A stretch of 64,000 bases of DNA from Cyanobacteria bacterium J06626_4. Its GTDB lineage: Bacteria > Cyanobacteriota > Cyanobacteriia > Phormidesmidales > Phormidesmidaceae. Made by a program: the position numbers and the translations under genes. Positions 28,891 through 40,016 of this stretch are shown here, in pieces. How positions within the stretch are numbered: position 1 is the stretch's first letter; each line of letters begins with the position of its first letter. The notes beneath the pieces are model-generated. The model was not told the origin of the DNA. It saw only the letters and a program-made list of their open reading frames with translations, and searched no databases. The DNA lies in the NCBI GenBank assembly GCA_038523235.1, contig JBCBJQ010000021.1, positions 1 to 64,000 of the forward strand, in the 5' to 3' direction.

Positions 28891-30579
28891 ATGCTTGGAG
28901 AGGTTGGCTCAGCAGGCCACAACCCAGGTTTTCAAAGAGGAAAAGTATTGCCTACAGATCCGTTTGATGTGCTCGTGATCGGCAGCGGTGCGGCTGGACT
29001 TTATGCGGCGCTCTGCCTACCTGACACCTACCGTGTGGGCCTCATCACCAAAGATGTGCTCAGTCAATCGGCCAGTGACTGGGCGCAGGGTGGCATTGCT
29101 GCCGCGATCGCGCCTGAAGATTCTCCCGTTTTGCACAAGCAAGATACGCTGCAGGCAGGCGCCGGACTGTGCGAGGCCGAAGCCGTTGAGCAGCTGGTCG
29201 AGCAAGGGGCTGACTGTATTAAATCGCTGGTCAACTTTGGTGTGCCCTTTGATCAAGACCAAGGCCAACTTGCCCTCACCTTAGAAGCGGCCCACTCTCG
29301 CAAACGTGTGTTGCACGCCGCTGATGCCACGGGGCGCGCTGTCGTCAGCACCCTGGCCGCTGCCGTGCGCCAGCGAGCAAACATCACGGTCTTTGAGCAA
29401 ACGCTCGTGCTCGATCTGTGGCCTCGGGGCGATCGCGATCAGGGTGTCGCCGTCGTGCATCAGGGCAGGCTCGCCTGGTGGACTGCCGGGGCAATCGTGC
29501 TGGCGACCGGTGGGGGCGGCCAGGTATTTTCGCAAACCACTAATCCCACCGGCAGCACCGGCGATGGCGTTGCGATGGCCTGGCGGGCCGGAGCACAGCT
29601 GCGCGATTTAGAGTTTTTTCAGTTTCATCCGACGGCGCTGAAAACCCCTGGCGCGCCTCGGTTCCTCATTAGTGAAGCCGTGCGGGGAGAAGGAGCGCAC
29701 TTAATTGATGCCAAGGGTCATCGCTTTGCCTTCGACTATCATCCCCAAGGCGAACTTGCCCCGCGCGATGTCGTGAGTCGCGCCATCTACCGCCATTTGT
29801 TAGTCCGCGCGGCCGATGCTCCCGACTGCGTTTGGTTAGATTTGCGGCCCATCTCCCCCGAGCGAATTCAGTATCGCTTTCCCAACATCATCGCTGTTTG
29901 CCAACGCTGGGGCATCGATCCGCTGCAACAGCCGATTCCCGTCTCGCCCGCCGCCCACTACTGGATGGGGGGCGTCATCACCGATCGCGACAGCCAAACC
30001 TCGTTACCTCACCTCTACGCCGTTGGCGAAACCGCTAGCACTGGCGTCCATGGGGCCAATCGACTGGCCAGCAACTCACTGCTCGAATGCCTGGTCTATG
30101 GTCGTCAACTGCAGCATCTACAGCTCACCGCGCCGCCGCCCGCGCTGCCCACCCAGATCGCCGCTGCCGCCTTGCCGTCTGTATCCACTGCCGAAATCGC
30201 CACCCTCAGGCAGATACGCGCCGAGCTCCCCAACATCGTTTGGCAGGGTGCCGGCATTAGCCGGGAAGGCAAAACCTTGGCCACCGCCGCCGCTTCTGTT
30301 GCCCAACTGCGATCGCGCTTTGCTGAGCTGCCCATCACCCTGGCCATTATCGACAGTCTGCAACACCCGACTCAGCCGACGCCCGCCGGCGATACCGAAA
30401 CGCTGCGCCTCTGGTCAGAGACTCGCAACCTCTTGGACTTGGCTCACTTGATCCTCAAAAGTGCGGATTTTCGTCCAGAAAGCCGAGGTGGTCACTATCG
30501 CCATGACTTCCCGGAGACGGATGCGGCTTGGCAGGTGCATACCCTTGTGCAGGGCGATCGCTGGTGGAAATCGCAGTAA
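28891..30579 (+). CDS. nadB: L-aspartate oxidase (more likely start is TTG at 28948)
   Basis: IGSGAAGL, WAQGGIAA, EAAHSRKRVLH, QFHPT, SEAVRGEG, GVHGANRLASNSLLE. Confidence 0.95.
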   Translation: MLGEVGSAGHNPGFQRGKVLPTDPFDVLVIGSGAAGLYAALCLPDTYRVGLITKDVLSQSASDWAQGGIAAAIAPEDSPVLHKQDTLQAGAGLCEAEAVEQLVEQGADCIKSLVNFGVPFDQDQGQLALTLEAAHSRKRVLHAADATGRAVVSTLAAAVRQRANITVFEQTLVLDLWPRGDRDQGVAVVHQGRLAWWTAGAIVLATGGGGQVFSQTTNPTGSTGDGVAMAWRAGAQLRDLEFFQFHPTALKTPGAPRFLISEAVRGEGAHLIDAKGHRFAFDYHPQGELAPRDVVSRAIYRHLLVRAADAPDCVWLDLRPISPERIQYRFPNIIAVCQRWGIDPLQQPIPVSPAAHYWMGGVITDRDSQTSLPHLYAVGETASTGVHGANRLASNSLLECLVYGRQLQHLQLTAPPPALPTQIAAAALPSVSTAEIATLRQIRAELPNIVWQGAGISREGKTLATAAASVAQLRSRFAELPITLAIIDSLQHPTQPTPAGDTETLRLWSETRNLLDLAHLILKSADFRPESRGGHYRHDFPETDAAWQVHTLVQGDRWWKSQ

Positions 30580-30586
30580 TCCAGCT

Positions 30587-30621
30587 GAATGCAGAATGCG
30601 GAAGTTGGAAGTCGGAATTTC
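30587..30621. repeat. Degenerate heptamer tandem repeat (STRR-like)
   Basis: GAATGCA GAATGCG GAAGTTG GAAGTCG GAATTTC just after the nadB stop. Confidence 0.6.
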
Positions 30622-30716
30622 AAGGCCCATCAGAGACTCATTGCCACCATCTGAGTGACTTGATCCAAGTGCCGCTGGCTATCGACCGCTGGTCAAGCCG
30701 TCTGGTGTGACGGCGG

Positions 30717-32495
30717 CTATTCTTCTGCGGTGTCGCCCACAGACTGATCATCATTGAGGGCCTGGTCAAGCAGGTCTGGCGGCAGATCGCGAATTAGACT
30801 CAACGGCATCAGCGGCGATCGCGCCACAGTGTCTTGGACAAACTGAGACGTCAGCGCTGCATCATACCTTAGGTCTTGTCTCAAATGCCGCTGGAAGAAT
30901 GCCAGACTCAGGTTTTGGAGGTAATCTTGGGCGAGGTCTGGGCGGTCACCGAGCAGGGCCAGCGGCACCGGAATCGAGGCTTCGGCATCAGAATTCCAAT
31001 CGATTACAGAAAAGTGGGTCGTACCACTGACTAAGGCTAAATAGCGATACTCGTTTTGCAGCCACGTAAACGGTTCAATCTGCTCGGGCAGAGCGGGGGC
31101 GACCGTGTCACCAGTGGCAGCCATAATCATCACCGGCACCTGCAATTGCCCAAAGCCGGAAGCACCAAAAATGCCGCTACCCACCGGATTAACCACAAAG
31201 ATGGCTTTGACGCGATCGTCCTGCAGAGGCGGGGGGTTAATGGCGACGCTATCGGCCTCACACTGCAGCAGCAAAGAAGGATTGAGGTAAATCGGCTGAG
31301 GGACACAGGCTGCCCCAAGGGCCTCCGCATCATAAGTTGCCCCGGCCAGCGCGAGGGCCGTGTAGCCGCCAAAGGACTGACCAATGAGACCGACGTTGCG
31401 CGTGTCTAACCGAAACCGAAATCGCAGATCGCGACTGGCAAACCGTTGAATCTCATCCAACAGAGCTGAAACGTCGGCGGGCCGGTCTAAGAACTCTCGA
31501 CTCTCAATGATATTGGGGGAAAGCCCCGCTAAGACCTGGGCAATTTGGGCGCTGTTGCTGCCGGGATGATCGAGGGTGGCGACGGCAAAGCCGCGGCTGG
31601 CCAAAAAGGTGGCGACGTACTCATAGCTTTCTCGCTGATCTCCCAATCCGTGGGAGATCACGATCACGGGAATTTCAGCCGGTAGTGACTGCCCTGGACG
31701 TCGGGGTTGAGGCAAAAAAAGCGTCGCCTGGACGGCACGAAAAGGTAAGTTTAAGGGCTCAGTGGCCACGGCAAATTCAGGCAAATCGTAGACTAGCTGC
31801 CGGGTTGAGGAAAGATCGCTGATTGGGCTAACCAGAGCGGCTTCTTGGGCAAGTGCTTGCACCAGGGCGATCGCTCGTTCAGAGTCCCCCAGCTTATCGG
31901 TGACGGTCGTCGCAATTTCCAGTCCTTTGCCTAGATCAATGCGAATAGCGGGAGTGGGATACTTCTTAAGGAAATTCAGAATGGTCAAACCGTTCTCGTC
32001 ATCAGCGGCAGCCAAGATCAACCCGCCGCGAATGGCCTTAAACCCCGATTGCCGAGTGGGAGTTTGAATTACCTCACCGATGAACTCCAGCAGCGTTGTG
32101 CCCTGGGTGCTATACAAAAACCGAGAGACATCGACTTCGCTGATGTCAGCTCTTTGACTGAGCACCGTCTCAATGGTCATCAACTCGGACTCGGTGAGCT
32201 CTAAGGTCGCAGCATATTCGGAAAGCTGCCGACTCAAGCCTTCCCCATTGGCAAAGGCTTCGAGATCGGTGATCGCCACCGTGCGCTCAAAAAAACCGTA
32301 GGTAAAGATAATTTCTTCGGCGCTACGAACCGGTAACGCCGTTGCCATGAGCCCCAAACCCGTTAACGCGATCGCCTGGGCTAATCGGCGACAGAGCCCG
32401 CGCCTTGACATTGGCCTCAAAAATCCCAAATCATGCATAGCTGTAGAAGAGAGACTAATCCAGCGTTCCCATCTGGCGGGAGTTGTTCCCCTCAA
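30717..32495 (-). CDS. DUF1400-domain alpha/beta hydrolase (start uncertain)
   Basis: N-terminal AEEIIFTYG DUF1400-like region; ISHGLG, GQSFG nucleophile elbow, GTTHFS. Confidence 0.85.
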   Translation of the reverse strand: MRGTTPARWERWISLSSTAMHDLGFLRPMSRRGLCRRLAQAIALTGLGLMATALPVRSAEEIIFTYGFFERTVAITDLEAFANGEGLSRQLSEYAATLELTESELMTIETVLSQRADISEVDVSRFLYSTQGTTLLEFIGEVIQTPTRQSGFKAIRGGLILAAADDENGLTILNFLKKYPTPAIRIDLGKGLEIATTVTDKLGDSERAIALVQALAQEAALVSPISDLSSTRQLVYDLPEFAVATEPLNLPFRAVQATLFLPQPRRPGQSLPAEIPVIVISHGLGDQRESYEYVATFLASRGFAVATLDHPGSNSAQIAQVLAGLSPNIIESREFLDRPADVSALLDEIQRFASRDLRFRFRLDTRNVGLIGQSFGGYTALALAGATYDAEALGAACVPQPIYLNPSLLLQCEADSVAINPPPLQDDRVKAIFVVNPVGSGIFGASGFGQLQVPVMIMAATGDTVAPALPEQIEPFTWLQNEYRYLALVSGTTHFSVIDWNSDAEASIPVPLALLGDRPDLAQDYLQNLSLAFFQRHLRQDLRYDAALTSQFVQDTVARSPLMPLSLIRDLPPDLLDQALNDDQSVGDTAEE

Positions 32496-32525
32496 GTAGA
32501 GCAGATTACGCTGGCCATGAGGCAG

Positions 32526-33014
32526 CTACACACCGCGTGGGGCTGACTCCTGAAGTAAAGACTCTAAAAATCCCTCGCAGGCATCCATCAACAAGTCAAT
32601 CACATAGCGAAAGCCTGCTTCCCCACCGTAGTAGGGATCGGGCACCTCAGTATCGGGATGATGACGACAAAAGTCGCAAATCTTACGTACTTTGTGCTGA
32701 TAGTGCCCTTGCGGATCTAAACGCAAAATATCGCGATAGTTGGCATCGTCCATGGCCAAAATCCAATCAAAGCTGGCGAGATCAACGGCCTCTAGCTGCC
32801 GTGCCTGTCCCTTTAAGGTGATTCCCTGCAGCTGGGCTGCTTGTGCCATGCGTCGATCAGGCGGACTCCCAATGTGATAGCTCGACGTGCCCGCTGAGTC
32901 ACAGCTAATTTCATCAGTAAGCTCACGGGCTTGCAGCAGGTGTTGCATGATGTTTTCTGCCGAGGGTGAACGACAAATATTGCCGAGGCAGACAAACAAC
33001 AATCGGGTTGTCAT
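32526..33014 (-). CDS. Low-molecular-weight protein-tyrosine phosphatase
   Basis: FVCLGNICRSP P-loop, DSAGT, VPDPYYG. Confidence 0.95.
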   Translation of the reverse strand: MTTRLLFVCLGNICRSPSAENIMQHLLQARELTDEISCDSAGTSSYHIGSPPDRRMAQAAQLQGITLKGQARQLEAVDLASFDWILAMDDANYRDILRLDPQGHYQHKVRKICDFCRHHPDTEVPDPYYGGEAGFRYVIDLLMDACEGFLESLLQESAPRGV

Positions 33015-33143
33015 AGTGCGTGACCCACAGTTAAACCAAATTTAGGAGATGACAGTAATATTTTTTACCGTCTTTAACAGCCCCGCTACTGCAGAGCTGG
33101 AGCATTCAAGCGAGCCGCAGGCCAGCTAAGGCGATCTACTTGC

Positions 33144-33491
33144 CTAACCGAGGTTGGGCAGATTGAGACCGCCGGTGAGGCCTTCCATCCGCTCTCGCAT
33201 GGTTTCGGTTGATTTTTGGTAAGCATCTTGCATGGCCGCCCCGACGAGATCAGCGAGCACCTCTGCACCTTCATTCATGGCGTCCGGTGAGATCTCGACC
33301 CGGCGCGGTTCTTGGTTGCCACTGACGAAAACTTTAACTAAGCCGCCGCCCGATTGACCTTCGATTTCCATCGCTTCGAGGTCTTCTTGCAGCTGCTTCG
33401 CACCCTCCTGAATCTGTTGGGCTTTTTTCACAGCATCGGCAAGCTCTTTCATCTTGCCGAGACCAAATCCAAATCCTTGCCCTTGAGACAT
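33144..33491 (-). CDS. YbaB/EbfC nucleoid-associated protein
   Basis: KKAQQIQ...[14 protein letters not shown]...DAYQKS. Confidence 0.92.
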   Translation of the reverse strand: MSQGQGFGFGLGKMKELADAVKKAQQIQEGAKQLQEDLEAMEIEGQSGGGLVKVFVSGNQEPRRVEISPDAMNEGAEVLADLVGAAMQDAYQKSTETMRERMEGLTGGLNLPNLG

Positions 33492-33687
33492 TGCGGTTCT
33501 CTCTCTTACGACTGAGTGCATTGAAAAGCAATTTGATTCTACAGTGCTTTGCTGAGTTTCACGGCGGGGGGGAAACCGTCTCAGCGATCGCTGATTCCGT
33601 CTATGCCGCCCTCAAACCAATCGCGGCAGTTCGTACGGGCCAAGCATGGTATCCCTCCGGCAGACTGGGATATCTGCTGGTCAGGGT

Positions 33688-34512
33688 TTAGTGAGTCACC
33701 TCAGAGATCGACGTCGTCGCTTCGGTGGACGCTGCCGGAGCGCCATCAGCAAACAAAAATGACAGCGGGTAGCTCATGTTTTCGGCAAAGCCCAAAATGC
33801 CGCGATCGCGATGCTCGTATAGCAGTTGCCCCGCAGCGTCGAACAAAAAGGTGCCGCCACGTTGGGTCATATATCGCGCATCGGGTACATAGGTGCCCCA
33901 CTTGCCCAGCACCTCGGTCATATTGCGTAGGCGCAGGGTGGCAAGTTCAAAGGGCCGTTGCCAGCCGCGGCCTCCGGCCCGCTGAAAAAATGATCCTTTC
34001 AGGGGGGGTAGGGGCGTATCGTCAATTACGACGTCATCATCGATCAGCTGGGGGGCCGTGCGATCGCCGGTGTAGCCGCGCAGCACTTCGCGCAGGGTGC
34101 CCGGACTGGCAATACCGGCACACATCAGCATCAGGTTTACCCAGGCGGTCTGGCTAGGCTTAAGGCCGGGCCAGTTGACCGACAACCCTTCATACAAGTC
34201 CAGTTCACGATGCAGCGTCGCCGTCGGATCCACAAACAGCGCCTCTGCCGGAAAGCCGGTGAACTGGGCGAACTGTTGGCCCGCCGCGCGATCGCCAATG
34301 CCGATCGCTCGCACAATGATGCCCGCGGCCTGCAACCTGGCCCAGTCGCGTCGCAGCCACCAGGCATATTCCAAGCTGTCAAAGTCTCCCAGTTGCGACC
34401 AGACCAACAGCAGCACTCGCGAAGCGGGCTCTGCCGTTGGCCATACCGGGGCGAGCGCCCCATCGCTGACCCGTTGCCGCTGCGTTTGATGCAGCTGTTC
34501 GTAGACGTTCAT
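33688..34512 (-). CDS. Peroxiredoxin-like (AhpC/TSA, AAED1-type) protein
   Basis: QLGDFDSLEYA, LMCAGIASPGTL, RPFELATLRL, TQRGGTFLF. Confidence 0.75.
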   Translation of the reverse strand: MNVYEQLHQTQRQRVSDGALAPVWPTAEPASRVLLLVWSQLGDFDSLEYAWWLRRDWARLQAAGIIVRAIGIGDRAAGQQFAQFTGFPAEALFVDPTATLHRELDLYEGLSVNWPGLKPSQTAWVNLMLMCAGIASPGTLREVLRGYTGDRTAPQLIDDDVVIDDTPLPPLKGSFFQRAGGRGWQRPFELATLRLRNMTEVLGKWGTYVPDARYMTQRGGTFLFDAAGQLLYEHRDRGILGFAENMSYPLSFLFADGAPAASTEATTSISEVTH

Positions 34513-34585
34513 AGCTCAGCTCCAAACAGGTTGAATTAAAGACGCCCCAAGCAAAAAGCAAGCCACCATTGATTTGGCGGCTCCA

Positions 34586-35359
34586 TCAAAAGCGCTTACG
34601 TGCCACAAACAGATAGTTCTGACAAATCATCGGTAGCAGCCAGCCCAGCCCCCGGTCAAGCTGATTGTAAGCCGTGGCGATTGCGGGGCCGAACCGCTCA
34701 TCGCGCAGCGCTGACGACTGCCACATATTGCGGGGCAGCAGCGCGTAGCGCCCCATCTCCAGCAGGTCAAACTGAGCGGCCTGCATCAAGGCGCGAATAT
34801 CGGCGGCGGTGAACAGATAGGGGTGCGAAAATCGCTGGGTGAACCGAGCCAAAAACTCAATCCAGCTATATCGATTGGGAAAGTGATAGCACAGGAAGCA
34901 GCCCCCCGGTTTGAGAATACGGTGAATCTCCTGCAGGCTGGCGATTTCTTGACCGCCGGTTTCGCGCACATGCTCTAACACCCCGACGGAGACGACCGCA
35001 TCGAAAGTGCCGTCTGCAAAGGGCAGTTCCACCGGAGCAGTAGGACTGCCCTGCTGATAGTGATAGGTGACAGGCGGCAGATTTTGGCAAAACAAAGGAT
35101 AGTTACTAAAGCCAAAGCCGCTGGGCTGATAGCCTGCTTGCGCCAAAAAATAAGAGAAATGCCCAGAGCCGGTGCCCCAATCCAACACCTGGCTGCCGGG
35201 CTGGACGTACCGACGCATCAGGTTATAAAGCCTGAGATATTGGTAGGCACTCACATAGGTCGCAAATTGTAAGGACTTATGGTCGTGTCCATAGCGGCTA
35301 ACGAGGTTTTGAAGAATTTGCTGGGGGCTAACGCTGTCCATTCTGCTCAGTTGACGCAC
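34586..35359 (-). CDS. Class I SAM-dependent methyltransferase
   Basis: VLDWGTGSG, LPFADGTFDAV, RILKPGG. Confidence 0.9.
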   Translation of the reverse strand: MRQLSRMDSVSPQQILQNLVSRYGHDHKSLQFATYVSAYQYLRLYNLMRRYVQPGSQVLDWGTGSGHFSYFLAQAGYQPSGFGFSNYPLFCQNLPPVTYHYQQGSPTAPVELPFADGTFDAVVSVGVLEHVRETGGQEIASLQEIHRILKPGGCFLCYHFPNRYSWIEFLARFTQRFSHPYLFTAADIRALMQAAQFDLLEMGRYALLPRNMWQSSALRDERFGPAIATAYNQLDRGLGWLLPMICQNYLFVARKRF

Positions 35360-35501
35360 TCAATACACACCACGCTGCAACGATCAGGGCTACCTAGCGG
35401 GCACCCACAATCCACAGCTCTCAATGGTACGCGCCTGTGACCATCAGCTTATCCTGCCATTGTGACAACAACGGATGAGCTGACGGTCAAGAGACTAGCG
35501 C

Positions 35502-36704
35502 TCAGGGGCGATCGCGCGGGGTGGATGCCGACGAAGTCGCCGTGGCCGGGGTCGTAATGCGAGGCAACCGGTGCTTAAAGCTGCATAAAATTTCCCAAGA
35601 TATCGTGCCGGTCAAGGTGGCCCACTGGTCAGCGGTGAGCGTTTCTGAACCCTCTCGGCCCAACAGCGTGACCACACTGCCCTCTTGTAGATTGGGCACC
35701 TGAGTCACGTCGATCATCATCTGATCCATCGTAATTGCGCCGATTTGCGCCACCCGCTGCCCCTGTATCAGCACCGACATTTGGTTCGACAAGGCGCGGG
35801 GCACGCCGTCGGCATAGCCAATGCCCACCACCGCGATTTGCATCGGTTGGGTGGCAACAAAGCTGTGACCATAGCTCACCCCCGTGCCGGGCTGAATGGT
35901 CTTGATATGGGTAATGCGGGCTTTGACCTGCATCACCGGTTTGAGCGATAGGGTCGATTGCAAATGGGGGGCCGGATACAGGCCATAGAGGGCGAGGCCA
36001 ACCCGCACCAGGTCGTAGTGTAAGTCGGGATAGCCGAGCGTCGCCGCTGAGTTAGCCAGGTGATGCTGGGGCTGGACTAGGTTCTGACCGGCAATTTGAG
36101 CGATCGCGGTTTCGTAGCGCTGCTGCTGCTGGCGCAAAACGGTGGAGTCAGGGTCATCGGCAGTCGCCAGATGAGAGTAAACACTGGCGATCTGCAAATG
36201 GGGGAGTCGCTGCACAAACTGCACAAACTCAGGCGCTTGTGACCAGTGGAAGCCCAAGCGCGACATGCCGGTGTCAATTTTGAGATGCACCGGTAGGGGA
36301 GAGCCTGAACGTTGTCCCAGCGCTTCCGAAAAAATCAGGGCTTGTTTGGGAGAGACTAGCGTCGGCTGCAGCTGCCAGCGGGCGATCGCCCCCACCTCTT
36401 CAGCGCTATTAACGGCTCCCATGATCAAAATGGGCGCGTCAATCCCGGCTTCTCGGAGTTCTACGCCTTCTGGTACGGTCGCCACCCCCAGCCAGCTAGC
36501 TCCGGACGATAAGGCCGTTTGTGCCACCGCGATCGCCCCGTGACCATAGGCATCAGCTTTGACCACGGCCATCAACGCGGTCTTTTTGCCCAAATGCTGT
36601 GTCAGCTGTTGAACGTTGTGCTGCAAAGCGCCCAAATCGATCTCCACCCAGGCCCGACAGCGCCGCATCGTCGCCAGAGCCGGCGTTTGATCCCAACTCA
36701 ACAT
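35502..36704 (-). CDS. alr: Alanine racemase
   Basis: MAVVKADAYGHG (PLP lysine), KIDTGMSRLG, GYADG, ITMDQ. Confidence 0.96.
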   Translation of the reverse strand: MLSWDQTPALATMRRCRAWVEIDLGALQHNVQQLTQHLGKKTALMAVVKADAYGHGAIAVAQTALSSGASWLGVATVPEGVELREAGIDAPILIMGAVNSAEEVGAIARWQLQPTLVSPKQALIFSEALGQRSGSPLPVHLKIDTGMSRLGFHWSQAPEFVQFVQRLPHLQIASVYSHLATADDPDSTVLRQQQQRYETAIAQIAGQNLVQPQHHLANSAATLGYPDLHYDLVRVGLALYGLYPAPHLQSTLSLKPVMQVKARITHIKTIQPGTGVSYGHSFVATQPMQIAVVGIGYADGVPRALSNQMSVLIQGQRVAQIGAITMDQMMIDVTQVPNLQEGSVVTLLGREGSETLTADQWATLTGTISWEILCSFKHRLPRITTPATATSSASTPRDRP

Positions 36705-37669
36705 GTCTCATCTCTCCTTGACCACGCCACAAGTTGAGCCAATTGTGCATCAACTCAGGTGATTTCCCAGAAAGAATTTATCCCTGACCGGCTGCTTGGG
36801 GCTGTCGCTCGCGTTGGCGGAGCCATGCCAACGGCATTCGCTCAACACACTGCAGTCTGCGGCTCTTTACTTCCCGGACAACGCTTGAGGACACATGATC
36901 CATGCCAAAGCCGAAACCTGCCTTCATTACCGCAAAATGGTTCGTGCTAACATCGAAACTCAACTTGAGGCATGTTCAGCTCAAACGCCCGAGTCACAGC
37001 AGCTAGCCCGCTAGGAGACGGTTAGCGCTCAGGCTAGTAGACTGCGGGGTGATTTCACCAACCATTGCCGATGGCTAGGGCGCCGTGGGAGCAGGAGGCC
37101 AGAGAACTGAAATAGTTGTCTTACTGCTGTCGTGGAGTACTAGGAAGATTCAGGACCCTGAAGGGTGTTGAGGCGATCGTCGGCCCTCATAGAGCCATTC
37201 ATCGCCTTCATCTATTAACTTTTGGAATTGCCTTAAAAGTTCGACAAATGGCTTTAGGCTATCGGCTTTACGGACACCCAAATAGATCTGTCCTAGTCAA
37301 TCAAGAGACCGGCATAACGGGTCAGTTTCACAGCCAATAAATTTCGTAGGATCATCGCTTAGACTGATCAAAAGTGGAGTCTGATTGCTAGCGGCTCGGA
37401 TACTCAAAATGCATCCCGTCAGGCGAGGAATCCGCCCTAGCTTTTGTGATCGCAGAATGGTACGTTTAAGTTTTGTGAATGCAGTCTCGACGCAGCGATC
37501 TCCCCGAAGCATAGGCCGGATGGATGCTTTGACAGTGCACGAAGGAGCTACTTCTTTGCCTCGCCCGTTCAGGCACTCAATGGCATCAAATGAGTTGGGC
37601 GCAGCGTTCATAATATGCGACGTTTTTGCAGCAGTTGTTTTGGATTTTAGTGAAGACAGATAAAACTCT

Positions 37670-38779
37670 ATGGAAGACGTGATCAAAAAGTCAGATTTCA
37701 ACTTGTCGCCCTACATGAAGAGCAACGATCTTCGAGCGACTTATCAGCTTTTAAACACTCTGGTACCCTACGTCTTTCTATGGTTTTTGGCCGTCAAGGC
37801 GGCGACGATTTCGGTCTTTTTATTGCCGCCGATTATTGCGCTGCTGGTGTTGTTTTCACTGCGCTGCTTTTCGCTCATGCATGACTGCGGCCACTATGCG
37901 CTCTTTCGCTCCAAGAAAGTCAATCGGGTAGCCGGGTTTGTGCTGGGTTTGGTCAACGCCATCCCTCAACATTGGTGGTCGCGCGACCATGCGTATCACC
38001 ACAAAACCAACGGCGACTGGGAACGCTATCGCAGTATCGGCGACTTTCTATCTACCGATGAGTTTGCCCAGCTGAGTCCGTTTGACCAAAAGCTCTATGG
38101 CATCTTGCGGCAGCCTTGGATGGTATTTCCGGGCGGTTTCTTTTACTTAGCGTTCAAGCCCAGACTGATTCTCATGGCCGAAACCTACAGTTTTTTGAGG
38201 CACTCCGGGCGCCATCTCAAGCAACGTGGTTTTACGGGGCTCTCACCCATCGTGGCGACCTACAAACCCAAAAACTGGTCTACAGCGGGTGAGTTTTGGG
38301 ATGTGTTGCTCAATAATATTTTTGTGGTCGGTGGCTGGATTATCCTTTGTCGCTGGCTCGGTACGGCCTTCTTTCTAGGCACTTACTCCCTCGTCTTGAT
38401 GTTCTCAGCGGCTATCTTTATCTGTGTCTTTTTTGTGCAGCATAATTTTGAGGGCGCCTACGCCCACGGCACAGACGGCTGGGATTATCTGCAGGGCGCG
38501 ATCGCCGGTAGCAGCTACCTCGACATTCCAGAAATTTTCAAATGGTTTACGGCAGACATTAGTTACCACAGCATCCACCATCTGTCAGAGCGGATTCCTA
38601 ACTACAATCTGCGCGCCTGCCACGAAAAAAATCGTCACCTGCTATCTGCGGTCAAAACGATTCGCTTCCAAGACATGCCCGCCTGTTCAAAGCTAATCCT
38701 CTGGGATGCTCAGGCCAACCGTCTCGTTTCGATTCAAAACTTTCAACGGCAAACCGCCTCGGCACGCAGCTATGTTTAA
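37670..38779 (+). CDS. Membrane fatty acid desaturase
   Basis: Three His boxes: HDCGH, HAYHH, HSIHH; IPNYNL. Confidence 0.9.
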   Translation: MEDVIKKSDFNLSPYMKSNDLRATYQLLNTLVPYVFLWFLAVKAATISVFLLPPIIALLVLFSLRCFSLMHDCGHYALFRSKKVNRVAGFVLGLVNAIPQHWWSRDHAYHHKTNGDWERYRSIGDFLSTDEFAQLSPFDQKLYGILRQPWMVFPGGFFYLAFKPRLILMAETYSFLRHSGRHLKQRGFTGLSPIVATYKPKNWSTAGEFWDVLLNNIFVVGGWIILCRWLGTAFFLGTYSLVLMFSAAIFICVFFVQHNFEGAYAHGTDGWDYLQGAIAGSSYLDIPEIFKWFTADISYHSIHHLSERIPNYNLRACHEKNRHLLSAVKTIRFQDMPACSKLILWDAQANRLVSIQNFQRQTASARSYV

Positions 38780-39029
38780 GGAGTTGGCAATAGTTGAGCC
38801 ACGTCGTTGGGCCGCAACCTCAGTTCGTCAGAATTAGAGGGCGATCGCTGGGTGTTGACATGGCCAAGATGCTCACTCAACATTTGGCTGTCTGGCAGTG
38901 CTTTTTAAGGTGCAGAGTCGGGTGAATTATTGCGATCCTTTCGGTCTCTTAAATGAATTCTTCCAGTGGATGCGAACTCGATCTACAATCATTAGAGACT
39001 TGATTAATTAATGTTAAGGGTTTCTCTCA

Positions 39030-40016
39030 ATGTTTGTGTCTTACGCCCTCGGGTTGGTTGTTCTGTTGTTAGTGGTGGGGCTTGTCCTGTACTTAGCTAC
39101 CGCCCGCAGCTACAAATCTTCCAAAACCGTAGCTAACTCTTACGACCAGTGGACCCAAGATGGAATTTTGGAGTTCTATTGGGGCGAGCATATTCACTTG
39201 GGGCACTATGGGTCGCCGCCTCGCTCAAGAGACTTCTTGAAGGCTAAGTCAGACTTTGTGCATGAGATGGTGCGATGGGGCGGGCTCGATACGCTACCTC
39301 GCGGTACTACGGTGTTGGATGTCGGCTGTGGGATTGGTGGCAGCAGCCGAATTTTGGCTCGCGACTACGGATTTTCTACCATGGGCATCACTATTAGCCC
39401 TGGGCAGGTACGCCGCGCGACGGAACTGACGCCCCCAGAACTCACGGCTAAATTTCAGGTGGACGATGCCCTGGCGCTATCATTTCCCGACAATAGCTTT
39501 GATGTGGTGTGGTCGATTGAGGCCGGGCCTCACATGCCCGACAAGGAAAAGTACGGCGCCGAGATGTTGCGCGTGCTCAAGCCGGGCGGCATTTTGGTCG
39601 TGGCAGACTGGAACCAGCGTGACGATCGCCGCAAGCCCCTAAATTGGTGGGAGAAGCCGGTGATGCGCCAGCTATTAGACCAGTGGTCGCATCCTTCTTT
39701 CTCTAGTATTGAAGGGTTTTCGGAGCAGCTAGAGGCCACCGGTTTGGTGGAAGGCGAAGTGGTCACCGCCGACTGGACTCAGGAGACTCTGCCATCTTGG
39801 CTCGCTTCGATTTGGCAAGGCGTGGTGCGGCCCAAGGGCTTACTGATGTTTGGCGTCTCGGGATTTTTCAAGTCACTCCGGGAAGTGCCCACGTTGGTGC
39901 TCATGCGCATCGCTTTTGGGGCTGGATTATGCCGTTTTGGCATGTTTAAGGCCCGCAAGTCCGTCAATGTATCGCCCTCCCGTGAGGCCTCTCAAAATGA
40001 GGCGCTACGCGCTTAG
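39030..40016 (+). CDS. MPBQ/MSBQ methyltransferase (plastoquinone/tocopherol synthesis, cyanobacterial type)
   Basis: N-terminal TM anchor; YWGEHIHLGHYG, LDVGCGIGG, EAGPHMPDK, QLLDQWSHP. Confidence 0.85.
   Translation: MFVSYALGLVVLLLVVGLVLYLATARSYKSSKTVANSYDQWTQDGILEFYWGEHIHLGHYGSPPRSRDFLKAKSDFVHEMVRWGGLDTLPRGTTVLDVGCGIGGSSRILARDYGFSTMGITISPGQVRRATELTPPELTAKFQVDDALALSFPDNSFDVVWSIEAGPHMPDKEKYGAEMLRVLKPGGILVVADWNQRDDRRKPLNWWEKPVMRQLLDQWSHPSFSSIEGFSEQLEATGLVEGEVVTADWTQETLPSWLASIWQGVVRPKGLLMFGVSGFFKSLREVPTLVLMRIAFGAGLCRFGMFKARKSVNVSPSREASQNEALRA

Noticed and set aside
36705..37669. Gene or ncRNA in the long alr-desaturase gap
   Set aside because: The short ORFs show no recognisable motif, and I saw no signature of tRNA, SRP, 6S, RNase P, tmRNA or Yfr1
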